Source: Candidatus Heimdallarchaeota archaeon (GTDB taxonomy: Archaea > Asgardarchaeota > Heimdallarchaeia > Heimdallarchaeales > Heimdallarchaeaceae). From it: a DNA stretch of 64,000 bases. Location: contig DXJF01000011.1 of the NCBI GenBank assembly GCA_019057375.1, positions 58,922 to 122,921 on the forward strand, given 5' to 3'. Under the pieces are notes generated by a model that made no database searches, was not told where the DNA came from, and saw nothing but the letters and a program-made list of their open reading frames with translations. Positions within the stretch are counted from its first letter, which is position 1, and each line of letters starts with the position of its first letter. This document shows positions 17,220-26,264 of this stretch, one piece after another. Position numbers and translations under genes: made by a program.

Positions 17220-19937
17220 TTAGAGATGTTTTATTGAATCTTCATTTATTTCTCTTTTACATTTGGGACAAATAGTTTTAACTTTCATCCATTCTTGAAG
17301 ATGATTGTTATGAAACGTATGACCACAATCTATTATGTAGACTAAATTTTCTTCTGCTACCATGTAATTCAAACATATTTCACACTTTCTTGTTTTCTTT
17401 CCACAGTTTAAACAAATAAGTGGTCCTCCATCCTTTACTCTTTCAAGCAAAGCATCGCAGAAGTAACAGAATAACTTTTCATCTTGCTTCTTAATATTGC
17501 CAACAGTGCTTTTCTCTTCAGTGATTTTTACCTCTTTCTTAGGATTTTCTTGTAGTCTACTCTGTTTAATTTTTCTGAGTACTACTCCTTGATTTGTGAA
17601 AAACTCTGCAAGTGAAGGTTTGCTCTGTTCCTTTTTCTGCTTTCCAAATCTCATATATCCTATAAACAATATGAAAAATAATCCAGAAACAATAACTGAC
17701 CACGGAAATAGCTTTCCAGAATTATTCTTCTTCAGATAGCTGAATAACAACCATCCAGATATAAAGAAAACATATTTTGCATATCTGAAAAGGAACTTGT
17801 TTTTACTATGAAGATCTTTGTAGAAGGTATTTGTAGAAGAGTTGACTACTACTGAAAACCAAAAGAAAGTAGAAGCAAATAGTATGGTTGTAAAAACATT
17901 GAACGAGATTTTACCCAAGATAACAAATTCAAACCCAGTATTATCACTGTTAGCTATTGAAACTAATCTCCCAAGAATCAGAAAGAATCCCACGTTCTTC
18001 AGGATTACAAAAACAGCTGCTAATCCCAGTAATACTTTTCTCATGTTACCTAAAATACTGAAATTGAAGAAACGCTCTGTTTTAATATATCCTCCATTGA
18101 ATTGAAGTTCGTATTCTTCATCATCAAGTTTTACTTTAGCATTCCTGTTTGTTTCTTTGTTTTTCTTTTCTAAATGTCTTACTAAAACAATTAATGCTAT
18201 TGCATCTAGAATGAGACTAATGCTCATTAGAGTTGGTAATGAAGGTTTGAAAGGTTTTGAGTCACTGCTTGGGTTAGGAAGTTCAAAGGGGTTCGTCGGT
18301 GTGACAACTTCTTCAGAAGTAGCTGCGAGTCTGTAGCTAAGCTCCCCTATTGTAACCGATAAACCTTCACCATAGATTGATAATATTATTTCTATTTCTT
18401 GATAACCTTGGTTAATTTCTATGATTACTCTATCATTGATCGTTTGTTTATCATTGAATGATTGAAAGAAAACCTGATTATCGTTTATCTTAATTCGCAG
18501 ATTGAATTGATCAACAGAAGAGTAAAATTCGTTGTATAAATTCAAGGAGAAAGAAAGATTGAAGGTAGTTGAAGAAGAATCAAAATAGAAAACATCTGTG
18601 AATTTAACTGTTAAAGGTCCTGTAATTGATGTTTCATAAGTTTTTGAGGAGACCATCGTTTTTTCTAGAGTGCTATTTTCATCAAGTATAGGAACGGGCT
18701 CTATTTCAATAGTACTGGTATTGAGTAGGTAAAAAATACCCTCTCCTGTTGCTATTCCATAAACCCGAAAAGCAATATTAGAGGAGTAATTTACAGTGTA
18801 GGTATCAATAATACTTTCAGGATAGCTGAAATGAATAGCCCCTGAATAGATGACATCGGAATCCGAAAGAATTTCATAATTTAAAATAGGTAAGATTGCT
18901 GAACCTATATAATCATAATATAACGAAATGAACAAATTCTGTTCACTAATGCTAGAAAAAGGTTTTAGTGATGATAAATCAAAGGAATGGTCTACTGAAG
19001 GGCCATCGCAGGAAAACCAATCAAAAGATTCTTCTGGAATTTCGTCTTCGAGAAGTTGGAGTTCTCCAAACAAAGCTATATTAGTAAACCATATCTCATC
19101 TACACCTAGGTTAACACAGAAATAGAAACGGATTATGTTCGTCCCCTGCTCTAACGGAATAGAAAAAGAGACAATAACAAAAGGAACTTTAGAAAAACTT
19201 GTAGTAGCGATGATTGTGTTATTTATTTCTACTTCTAAATATCGAGAAAGGGCACTAAAGGAATTTGTATTAAAAGAAAGAGTTACGTTTAAAGTGGTGG
19301 AACCATTGATTGAATAAACTGCTGTTTCAACATAATCACTTCTGACACCTGAAAGATCTCCATAATAGCCTATTTGACCAGGATTACAAGGAAGGGAGGT
19401 TAAATTCTTATCAAGAACAGGAATTGTAATTGGTTCTATTGTTGATGAACTTAATATTTGAATAGCGCCAGAATTAAGGATATTCGAAGTTTTACCTTCA
19501 CATGAAATAACAATAATCATTGAACCGATGAAGTTTTGAGGATAAGAAAATGATTTAGAAATAGAGTGTTCATTAGAATCCTGATAAATACGGTTAATGT
19601 TAATTTCTACTTCAGTAGTGTCCAAATACAAAATAATCGTTAATCCATTTGAGTCAGTCCTATCACCAGAAAAGAGAAAAAATATAGTTAAACTATTATA
19701 TTCTTGAAGTTCAAGATTGACTAGTTCAAAAGTAAAATTTTGTTTTACAGAAGTTGAGTCATAAGAATACAGTATATTTTCATCTATTATAGTAGAGCTA
19801 TAAATAGAAGGGGGATTAGGAACGTTATTTTGATTTCTTGCAATAGCTAAAGAACTAGTAAAACAAAAGAGTGTTAACACTAATAACATGTTTCTAGTTG
19901 TGTTTTTCATTATCAGTTTTATAATCCGAAAATTCAT
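17220..19937 (-). CDS. giant-family surface/membrane protein with cytoplasmic zinc ribbon plus RING-H2-like finger
   Basis: It has a signal peptide, an extracellular region of about 550 aa paralogous to 30317..35260, and multiple TM helices. The C-terminus reads CEICLNYMV-x-CGHTFHNNH-x-CPKC. Confidence 0.7.
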   Translation of the reverse strand: MNFRIIKLIMKNTTRNMLLVLTLFCFTSSLAIARNQNNVPNPPSIYSSTIIDENILYSYDSTSVKQNFTFELVNLELQEYNSLTIFFLFSGDRTDSNGLTIILYLDTTEVEININRIYQDSNEHSISKSFSYPQNFIGSMIIVISCEGKTSNILNSGAIQILSSSTIEPITIPVLDKNLTSLPCNPGQIGYYGDLSGVRSDYVETAVYSINGSTTLNVTLSFNTNSFSALSRYLEVEINNTIIATTSFSKVPFVIVSFSIPLEQGTNIIRFYFCVNLGVDEIWFTNIALFGELQLLEDEIPEESFDWFSCDGPSVDHSFDLSSLKPFSSISEQNLFISLYYDYIGSAILPILNYEILSDSDVIYSGAIHFSYPESIIDTYTVNYSSNIAFRVYGIATGEGIFYLLNTSTIEIEPVPILDENSTLEKTMVSSKTYETSITGPLTVKFTDVFYFDSSSTTFNLSFSLNLYNEFYSSVDQFNLRIKINDNQVFFQSFNDKQTINDRVIIEINQGYQEIEIILSIYGEGLSVTIGELSYRLAATSEEVVTPTNPFELPNPSSDSKPFKPSLPTLMSISLILDAIALIVLVRHLEKKNKETNRNAKVKLDDEEYELQFNGGYIKTERFFNFSILGNMRKVLLGLAAVFVILKNVGFFLILGRLVSIANSDNTGFEFVILGKISFNVFTTILFASTFFWFSVVVNSSTNTFYKDLHSKNKFLFRYAKYVFFISGWLLFSYLKKNNSGKLFPWSVIVSGLFFILFIGYMRFGKQKKEQSKPSLAEFFTNQGVVLRKIKQSRLQENPKKEVKITEEKSTVGNIKKQDEKLFCYFCDALLERVKDGGPLICLNCGKKTRKCEICLNYMVAEENLVYIIDCGHTFHNNHLQEWMKVKTICPKCKREINEDSIKHL

Positions 19938-20288
19938 TTATAAACTGAGTAAAACCATATTTACTATATCTGAATCTTGTTGGGTTTAAATAGATATTTT
20001 GCATTTCATTATTGAGATAGATGTTCGTAATTACATTCCTTAAGTCTTTAAGATCAAAGAAAAAAGGGGGACCTATTCTAGAAGAGATTCTACTTATTGG
20101 TATAGCAGTTCTTGTCTTTGCAATAATCTTTGCACTAATTTTTAGCTTAATAGATTGGTCTACATCTCCTTTTGAAGAACTTTTCAAGTGAAGAGTTTTT
20201 TCTTTCAATTTCAAGAAACTTAGACTTTTAGTGGGTTTATAAGGGGAATTACTATATTTTCTTTGAAGCTAGCAATACGCAAGATAAC

Positions 20289-20408
20289 ATTTTAGTCGAT
20301 GAACCTCTTTCTATAGCTAGCTTCAATATTTTTCTTAACAAGAATTTTTATTGTAAACCAAAATTAGCTGACAATAACTCTCCTAGAATCTGACGAACCA
20401 ATTTCCAT
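20289..20408. repeat. 23S rRNA 3' trailer (master copy of the repeats at 10055-10153 and 12599-12619)
   Basis: Direct comparison with the two repeat pieces. Confidence 0.9.
20364..20388 (-). promoter_or_regulatory. 23S processing-stem, 3' half
   Basis: Perfect 25-nt reverse complement of 24014-24038. Confidence 0.85.
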
Positions 20409-20749
20409 TTTTCCTAACTACGCTTGAGCAATTAGTGATTGTGGGCTAAACATCTCGCCGAAGCTCGACGCGTACACCCCAATTCTATCAACCGGATCTT
20501 CTTTCCGCGCTCTCATCTATATCGAAGGTTACTGTCACCAGTCCCCTTATAGTGATACAGAGTGGGTGACTCGTTTCGAGAGTAGCTTCGAGCGTTGATG
20601 CATTCCGCTCTTATCTACGAGGGCTTAGCTACCCGGCGATACCCTTTAGGATAACCGGTACACCAGAGGCCCCAGCCGCCTGTTCCTCTCGTACTGTGGA
20701 GACTTTACTCTCAATCACCCGCCAGCACCATCAGATAGAATCCAACCTG

Positions 20750-20904
20750 TTTTGCGTGAATTTAAGCCCGAGTATTGATCTTCGATAGAAGGGATTTCCC
20801 GTAAGGGGGGTTTACAACTATCAAAGACTTTTACATACTTGGATGAAGTTCAATTGAAGTATTACTACTATACTTCTACAGAACTCCACTATAGCTTAAA
20901 TCCA
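20750..20904 (-). other. about 155-nt AT-rich insertion (putative intron) in 23S, between GACCGTTGTGAGA and CAGGTTGG
   Basis: The universal GTGAGA|CAG junction is interrupted. The insertion ends pair with each other (ATTTAAGC/GCTTAAAT). Confidence 0.7.
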
Positions 20905-21052
20905 TCTCACAACGGTCTAAACCCAGCTCACGTTCCCTTTTAATGGGCGAACAACCCCACTCTTGGCGGCTGAATCACCACCAAGCTAGGAAGAGCCGAC
21001 ATCGAGGTAGCAAGCCGTGAGGTCGATGTGAACTCTTACCCACGACAACTCC

Positions 21053-21441
21053 GTTCAGGGCTGCGCTTGCGCTATGCGCACATCGGCTTTAAGGATCAGT
21101 TGTCACCTGGTATAACGACATAGGCAGTTACATAATCCTTAACCTTATCTTCATGTCCTCACGCTTATTTTTGGCTCTCCATCTTTCGTGTTTATTTAGG
21201 GATTTATCTATTCTAAATGGATTTGTGACAGAAATTAGATTCACTCTGCTCAAGTTTTGTAGCCTTTTAATGGCGAAAACTTTCGTTTCCTCACGTGGAA
21301 GAAAGACTGAAGCTATAATTAAATTCACTCAATTTTACTTTTCTGCCTCGGAAAAGATGGACTTTATCAATAAGCGTTACAGACAGAGAGCACTCTTTGT
21401 GATAAACAATCACTTCTTCGTGATAAACACTCAGAAGCGCA
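21053..21441 (-). other. about 389-nt insertion (putative intron) in 23S, after GGGGTAAC
   Basis: The universal GGGATAAC|AGG...AAGAGTTCACATCGAC block is interrupted. TGCGC/GCGCA pairing sits at the two junctions. Boundaries are accurate to within a few nt. Confidence 0.65.
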
Positions 21442-24013
21442 GTTACCCCTGGAGTAACTTTTCTGCCACCTCCGCCGCCTACTAATGGCACTGCGAAGGA
21501 TCGCTAGGCCCTGCGTTAACATCTGCGAACTGTATTGGTGAGTTCACAGTCAACCGAGCTTTTGCCCTTGCACTCTTCACCGGATTTCTGTCCCGGTTGA
21601 GCTCGGCTTTGGGCCCTCTTGATATCTTTTCAAGAGGCTACCGCCCCAGTGAAACTGCCAGGCAGGGGGTGTCCCCCTCGCAAGAGGTAAGTCGTACCAA
21701 TGCGCAAGGTCAGTATTTCAAGTTCGACTCCCCTACATCCCGGAGAATGTAGGATCAGCATCTCCTGACTATGCTATGCATGCACACCAATACAACAGCC
21801 CCTGACAGCAGTAAAGCTTCACAGGGTCTTCTCTTCCCGATGGTGCGCTCCAGACTGTTCGCTGGACTGTGGGTTCAGTAGGCTTCGGGTGGAGACAGTG
21901 GGCACCTCGTTGGTCCCTTCATGGACGTCTGTAATTAGCAGACAAGGCATTTGCCTACCTTAAGAAGCTCATAGTTAGCTCCGGCGTTTACTGGGTCTTA
22001 GCCTGGTTGAACCCAGGTTTCAATCACCAGCACCGGCCAGGATTCACTAACTGTACTAAGGCTTTCGCCCTTGCAGTTAGCTATGTTTTTATTAAACAGT
22101 CGGGTGCCCCTAGTCACTGCGACCTGGTAAGGCATACACCTTCCCAGGCATCCCTTATACCCAAGGTACGGGACTAATTTGCCGATTTCCTTCACCCGAG
22201 CTCCCCTAACACGCTTTAGCCTTCTAAGCTAGCCACACCTGTGTCGGTTCTGGGTACGGTCACGCGTAATCGTTCTCTTTGCTTTTTCATGGGCTGTTGG
22301 GGTTGATGGCAGCCAGCAACCTATGGCCGGCCTCTTCATCTATTCTTCTGGTTCTCACCTTAACGGTTCTTCCCAGAATTCTATAATTTAACTAGGATAT
22401 GCTCCTAGGCCACCTACCCACCAGCGTTAGCTCAGAGCTTGCGTCGCCGCGTCTATACGCGTGGTACAGGAATATGAACCTGTTTCCCTTTCGAACGACT
22501 CGTTTTAAGATCGTCCTTAGGACCGACTAACCCTTGGCTGACGAACAGTGCCAAGGAACCCTTGGGCTTTCAGCGATGAGGATTCTCACCTCACTATGCT
22601 CCTACTACCACCGAGATCTGCAAATCTAATCGGTCCACTGGGAATCACTCCCCAGCTTCTGCCCAACCAGATCGCCCCCCTACCTGAGACTCTTGCGGAG
22701 TCCAAATGGGTATCGGGACCCGGTTTAGCCCCGTCCATTTTCTGAGCCCAACAACTCGATGAGTAAGCTGTTACGCTTTTTTTAACGGATAGCTGCCTCT
22801 AAGCTTACCGCCTCATTGTCTTAGTCGTTGGACGTCATTCTGTTTAACATTTAACCGGGATTTAGGGCCCTTAACCCATTGTAGGGTTGTTCCCCTTTCG
22901 GCCATATCCCTTGCGGATACGCGCCCGTCTGTCGCCTTCTACAGCGCTTGCAAGTTCGGAGTTGGAAGGGAGGGTGAGGATTTCACTCCCCAGAACCTCC
23001 CGTCCGTAGCTCTACCTCACAAGCCGCCTTCAGCGACGCTATCCTGTGGTGATACTTCGGGGGGAACCAGCTATCAGCAGTTTAGATTGGTCTTTTGCCA
23101 CTATCCCCAACTCAGAGGAATGAATTGCATATCAATAACCCTTCAGGCCTCCACGCTCCTTTCGAAGCGCTTCACCTTGGTCAGGGATAGATCAACTGCT
23201 TTCGGGTCTTACACCTGTGACTTCACGCCCTTATCGGACGTCGCGCCTTGCCGAAGCTGCGCGCTGGTCGCTTTCGCTACGCCACCGTATTAACTTAGGC
23301 TTGCCACAGACATAAACTCCTCGGCCCGTGTTTCAAGACGGAACGGATAACTCTGGTCCTCTCAGCTCGTACTACCACCTCACGATGGGTTCCTTCACCG
23401 AGACTCTACCCTTTCAAGCCATCCACGTCTGTTACCATGTAGTTTCAGGGACTTTTCACTCTCGTATTTCGAATACTTTTCAACTTTCACTCACGTTACT
23501 AGTGCGCTATCGGTCTAGGGGAGTATTTAGGCTTGGGAGTTAGTCCTCCCATATTTGCGCGACAAATCCAAGCCACGCTAGTCTTGATACTACTAAGCCG
23601 AGCGCTTACGTTTACGGGGTTATTACCCTCTATGACGCCCCTTTCCAGGGGCCTTCAACTTCACGCTTTCGGTCTATGTTGTAGTCAAAACACCACATCT
23701 ACCTTAATTTTTCAAAAAAGGAATTCGGTTTGGCCTGTTCCGGTTTTACTCGCCGTTACTACCGGAATCACAATTGTTTTCTTTTCCTGCAGGTACTTGA
23801 ATGTTTTGGTTCCCTGCGTTCCCCGCCATTACTGGCTGTTACAGTTTATTAGACTGTAACCGGAAATCCGATTCGGGAATCTGTGGATCGTAGACTGTCT
23901 GCGTCTTCCCACAGCGTTTCGCCGCTTACCGCGCCCTTCATCGGCTCCCTAGCCGAGTCATCCACTACATGGCGTATGCATAGTGTAGGTTACTCTAGAA
24001 ATCAGTTTTCGCC

Positions 24014-24038
24014 TTCTAGGAGAGTTATTGTCAGCTAA
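24014..24038 (-). promoter_or_regulatory. 23S processing-stem, 5' half
   Basis: Perfect 25-nt reverse complement of 20364-20388. Confidence 0.85.
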
Positions 24039-24305
24039 CTAAACGTAATCGTTTAGGGATTATCATAAATCCTGGAGGTGATAAACACGCAAACTATTGC
24101 GCGAGTAGGGTTTTTATTCCCTTTGTTTATAATTGTTCCGTTTTTGAACATAATCGCAATCTTTCTGATCGCGTTCCTACCCGTTAAGGTAAGATACAAC
24201 AGATAAGCAAACATCGATAGATATTCACATTATCAACAAAATGAGCTATAGATAAAAAGGTATTGTTTTAAGATAAAATTTCCTTAAAGCTACGGAAGAT
24301 TTTTA

Positions 24306-24749
24306 GTGCTTGAGAACGACTCTTATTTGAGTTACATGAACCTTGATGAACATCTCTCCGAACTTAAACAACGTGCTGAAGAATCAAGTGTCAATGCTTT
24401 TGCTCCTTACAGTGATTTTATTATTGGTGCAGCTTTGCTAATGAAGAGTGGTAACATCTATACTGGATGTAATGTTGAGTTCTCAGATTATCTTGCTCTT
24501 CATGCTGAAGTTAATGCTATAGGGACAGCTATCAACAGTGGTGAAAATGATATTCAAGCTGTAGTAGTTTTTTCAAAAAGTTCACCACCTGTTCTACCTT
24601 GTGGATCATGTAGACAAAAATTATCTGAGTTCGCTCAGTTGAATAACCACGATATACAAGTGATTGCTTTTAACGATAAACAAGAGCAAATAGAGTTCTT
24701 ACTAAGTGAACTTTTACCAGGAGCTAAGATACAAGTAAATAAAAAATAA
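24306..24749 (+). CDS. cdd: cytidine deaminase
   Basis: CNVEF...HAEVNAI and PCGSCRQ zinc-binding motifs. The start is GTG at 24306 or ATG at 24333. Confidence 0.85.
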   Translation: MLENDSYLSYMNLDEHLSELKQRAEESSVNAFAPYSDFIIGAALLMKSGNIYTGCNVEFSDYLALHAEVNAIGTAINSGENDIQAVVVFSKSSPPVLPCGSCRQKLSEFAQLNNHDIQVIAFNDKQEQIEFLLSELLPGAKIQVNKK

Positions 24750-24754
24750 CTTAC

Positions 24755-24937
24755 CTATTCAATTATTTCGTAGTACATACAAGAGCCACATAACCAGAAT
24801 TTCTTAATTTCAGTTAAATTATAATCATCAGGAAGATAGTTCTCTCTTTTGATCATTAATGCCCCACATTTTGGACATTCTTTTTGTTCATCACTCATAG
24901 ACTTATCACATTCATCTAAACTTCTATACAAATGCAC
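24755..24937 (-). CDS. small zinc-ribbon protein
   Basis: CPKCG...CGSC in a 60-aa protein. Confidence 0.45.
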   Translation of the reverse strand: MHLYRSLDECDKSMSDEQKECPKCGALMIKRENYLPDDYNLTEIKKFWLCGSCMYYEIIE

Positions 24938-25511
24938 ATTAATATTTTACGAAAGTCCTAGCGGAATCATTTGATTTTTAGGCTAGTAAAAACCCATTCT
25001 AAGCCTAGGTTGAAGAATGAATATAATTGGATTTGAGATCTATATACTACGAGTGAAATAACCCTTTTCTTCCTTCCATTTGGATTTTAAAAGGGGCAGT
25101 CAAACATTATTAGAGACATACAAACAAAACATGATTATTAACAGAAATATAGAAGAAATTCAGAAGAGGAAATTAAAGGAAGGACCCTTTGTGTAAGATT
25201 AAAGCTGTCATTGCTTTAGTTTTTTCCCTTTTGATTTGTTTTGCGATTGTCTCAAGAGTTTTTGCGTTCTTTTCCATTTTTTGCACCTATCCTAACATAA
25301 GCTCTCCTTTTAAAATAGGTTAACCACAAGTTATGGTCACAAGTTGTGTCATAATCGCGAAAAAAATGATTGTAAAAAATCTTACCACACAATTATAATT
25401 TTCTGTGGTAAGATACATCTAATGACTTTTGGGGGGGTTAAATTCTGATTAACAAAACCCTCCTTTTCATCAATCCTTATAAATCGCTACTTCACACAAC
25501 ATGCGTTTATC

Positions 25512-25847
25512 ATGAAAGAAGTATTTCCGGAAGCAATAAGAAAACTACCTGAAGCAGATATTCCCATACAAGGACTTACAGCCTTTTTATCCCAAGATAA
25601 GAATCATCAAATTGTCTTTATGCATTTCAATCAAGATGTAGAAGTTCCCGCACACTCACATGGAGCTCAATGGGGAATTGTGCTAGAAGGGGAAATAGTA
25701 TTAACAATAGAGGACAATGAACAAAAATATACTAAAGGAGATCGTTTCTATATTTTGGAAGGAGAGACACATTCCGCAGAAATACATGCAGGATATGCTA
25801 GCATGGAATTTTTTGCAGATAACGATAGATACAAAGCTAAGGAATAG
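25512..25847 (+). CDS. cupin-domain protein
   Basis: HSHGAQWGIVLEGE...GETHSAE cupin motifs. Confidence 0.75.
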   Translation: MKEVFPEAIRKLPEADIPIQGLTAFLSQDKNHQIVFMHFNQDVEVPAHSHGAQWGIVLEGEIVLTIEDNEQKYTKGDRFYILEGETHSAEIHAGYASMEFFADNDRYKAKE

Positions 25848-25859
25848 AGATAAATTAAT

Positions 25860-25940
25860 TTAAGCTGGTGACCAAAATGGTGGAGTTATGCTTTCGTCGC
25901 CATCTTCAGGATCGTATTTCGGTTCATTCATCATGTTCAT
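25860..25940 (-). CDS. acidic mini-protein, family copy 3 (26 aa)
   Basis: MNMMNEPKYDPEDGDESITPPFWSPA*. The upstream block 25941-25998 aligns with those of copies 1 and 2 (ttggggtgctttaatagc...cctttcctgag). Confidence 0.5.
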   Translation of the reverse strand: MNMMNEPKYDPEDGDESITPPFWSPA

Positions 25941-26017
25941 CTCAGGAAAGGTTATCATTTTAGTTAGACAAAGCTATTAAAGCACCCCAAAGAAAAGACT
26001 GACAGTTACAGCTATTT

Positions 26018-26172
26018 CTGATTGGAAGAGTTGGCTAATAGATAATTGGCTTGATGAGTTTGAAAGATTAAAACCTTATTTTCTTAATTCAGAGCAATTA
26101 TGACAACTAAAAAACTCCAAGGAATACAAGAACCCCGAGAGAAAGATTCTACAGAAGTAGAGAAATAAGGGG
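26018..26172. repeat. degenerate copy A of [giant-ORF 3' end + 16S trailer stem half]
   Basis: Frame fragment ...DNWLDEFERLKPYFL compares with INWLEEFEKLKEYFF at 35213-35257. The core ccaaggaatacaagaaccccgagagaaagattctacagaagtagagaaataagggg compares with 35287-35345. Confidence 0.75.
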
Positions 26173-26264
26173 TGAAAGAACGAGTTTTATTAAATAGAAA
26201 TTGTAAAAGTTGTTTCAAATGTTGTGCTTAGAAACAATTTTGAAGATTATATAAAATATCAAGG

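Larger units (their letters stand above)
20412..23990 (-). rRNA. 23S (LSU) rRNA with two internal insertions; ends approximate
   Basis: Reverse-complement reading gives universal LSU blocks: GGATGACTCGGCTAGGGAGCCGATGAAGGGCG (5' end), GCTACCTCGATGTCGGCTC, GGGAACGTGAGCTGGGTTTAGACCGT and GTACGAGAGGAAC. GC content is far above its surroundings. Confidence 0.93.

Noticed and set aside
19894-20214. 106-aa minus-strand ORF upstream of, and overlapping, the RING-protein gene
   Set aside because: It has no motif, its composition resembles intergenic DNA, and it overlaps the signal-peptide start of the downstream gene. It may be real, but I cannot support it.
21128-21491. Two 66-aa sense ORFs inside the larger 23S insertion, considered as a homing endonuclease
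   Set aside because: I saw no LAGLIDADG, GIY-YIG or HNH motif, and they are too short. I treat them as possible remnants only.
21998-23859. Track ORFs inside the 23S rRNA (21998..22195, 22548..22745, 23087..23293, 23328..23543, 23533..23859)
   Set aside because: They lie within sequence that matches universal LSU rRNA blocks. The high GC content creates chance open frames.
24074-24082. ggaggtgat in the 23S leader, considered as a relic of a 16S 3' end
   Set aside because: It is only 9 nt and has no flanking similarity, so it could be chance.
25381-25412. 9-bp inverted repeat CTTACCACA-n14-TGTGGTAAG and direct CACAAGTT repeats upstream of the cupin gene
   Set aside because: It is plausibly an operator or terminator, but it is a single occurrence and I have no comparative support.
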